A stretch of 64,000 bases of DNA, taken from positions 16,648,485-16,712,484 of the forward strand of contig NC_134027.1 in assembly GCF_964204645.1 (NCBI RefSeq), written 5' to 3'. The notes under the pieces are model-generated. The model was not told the origin of the DNA, searched no databases, and worked only from the letters and a program-made list of their open reading frames with translations. Positions within the stretch are counted from its first letter, which is position 1; every line of letters starts with the position of its first letter. Source of the stretch: Tubulanus polymorphus. Taxonomy: Eukaryota > Animalia > Nemertea. Position numbers and translations under genes: made by a program. Of this stretch, positions 63,023-64,000 are shown piece after piece.

Positions 63023-64000
63023 GGCACATGTGGTATCGCCAGTCAGTCTTTAAATAGCTTTGAGTGGTCAAGAAACATTGGGCCGGGAAACACTTAAAAC
63101 TGTACAGTAATTGTCAAATTTGTTGTAAGCGGTGGGCATGTGATTCCTTCGTTCCCTATTACTGATTCGATAGAATCTCAATCAAACTTCACTTACAGGT
63201 AAGTTTGTTTAATTTCCTAATTCTGTCTCACCAGTAATTAGGTCACTACAGAATCCCATGAGATTTGAAAGCCTTGATCACGAGAAGCCAGATATGAGAC
63301 TTCGTGTCACAAAGAAGACAGCCACCTTAATTTTGATGTATATATATGTTTATAATATGCAGCAGATATATTTAGCCTATAATAACAACATAATTGACAG
63401 TAGGGAATCACTTAATACAAATTTGCTTTCAACGTCTTTATCATAGAATCTAGCGAAAGTTTTTTCATTCTGCCAACCAATACTATTAAGTATGCTATCA
63501 ACGGGAATTCCCGCCCATTTAAGGCCAGAGCCAACCGCAGCTCTAGTCGAGTGTGCGCCAAAAACCGACACATCAATATTTGCATCCTGATCCATCTGGA
63601 AACGGTTTGAGTAGTAACAGATCCATGCGGTTTTATGAAGCTAATCAACAGCTGTCCAGAGCAATCCCGGAAGTCTCTGGTCAGATTTATGTATCGTTTT
63701 AAATGAGAACACAAACACAAATTCTTATCAGCGTACGTATTGAATGTAAGATGCGATTTATGACGTCCTGGTTTTGACGTCTTTTGTAGTGAACTTATAT
63801 AAAAAACACATCTGTTTTCGCAAAAAGTTAAGTCTTTGATCTTCAAAGATTGAATAGTACTAACTCTCTGCCCTGATAAAATCGCCAACAAAAATGTTAG
63901 TTTCAAAGTAAGTGGCTCCAGAGTCAGTGAGTCTAAATCCAGTGATTTTAAATACACCAAAACAGGTCTAATGTCCCACGTAGTTACATATCTTGGCAAC
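63023..64000 (-). mobile_element. DIRS1-like tyrosine recombinase (one frameshift), ICR and partial right ITR
   Basis: PRY..TWD, LAILSGQRVSTI, KTSKPG, LCLC..LKRY, AHSTRAA, GWQNEKTFARFY; ICR halves flank the palindrome ACTTACAGGTAAGT. Confidence 0.9.

Noticed and set aside
58456-64000. Upstream HSPA14 exons (ND.GDR.TP motif) and promoter
   Set aside because: Not found; the interval is occupied by repeats and the DIRS element

Overview
AT-rich eukaryotic genomic DNA, probably from a marine invertebrate (inferred from the repeat landscape only; the taxon cannot be fixed). The whole window lies inside one minus-strand host gene, an HSPA14 (Hsp70-L1, ribosome-associated complex) orthologue. Five in-phase GT-AG exons (596 coding bp) are spread over 41 kb, and the first and last exons lie outside the window. 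The introns are mostly nested, decayed mobile DNA: a 14.3-kb Gypsy LTR element with several insertions, piggyBac, Sola2, Tc1/mariner, Kolobok-, Harbinger- and hAT-like elements, an EnSpm/CACTA-type end beside a spliced DUF4806-like gene, DIRS, Penelope-like and LINE fragments, Helentron-type (HINE) elements with internal satellites, and a tRNA-derived SINE. The best leads are: (i) Penelope-type minimal hammerhead ribozymes, including a head-to-head pair at 38.4 kb; (ii) several DNA-transposon families with 6-bp target-site duplications; (iii) a DIRS element whose gag and recombinase ORFs converge; (iv) an intron-containing DUF4806-like gene nested antisense in a host intron; (v) a SINE that appears to travel inside a larger repeat. 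No wholly new system can be demonstrated from sequence alone. Family assignments rest on motif recognition by eye, and no database searches were run.
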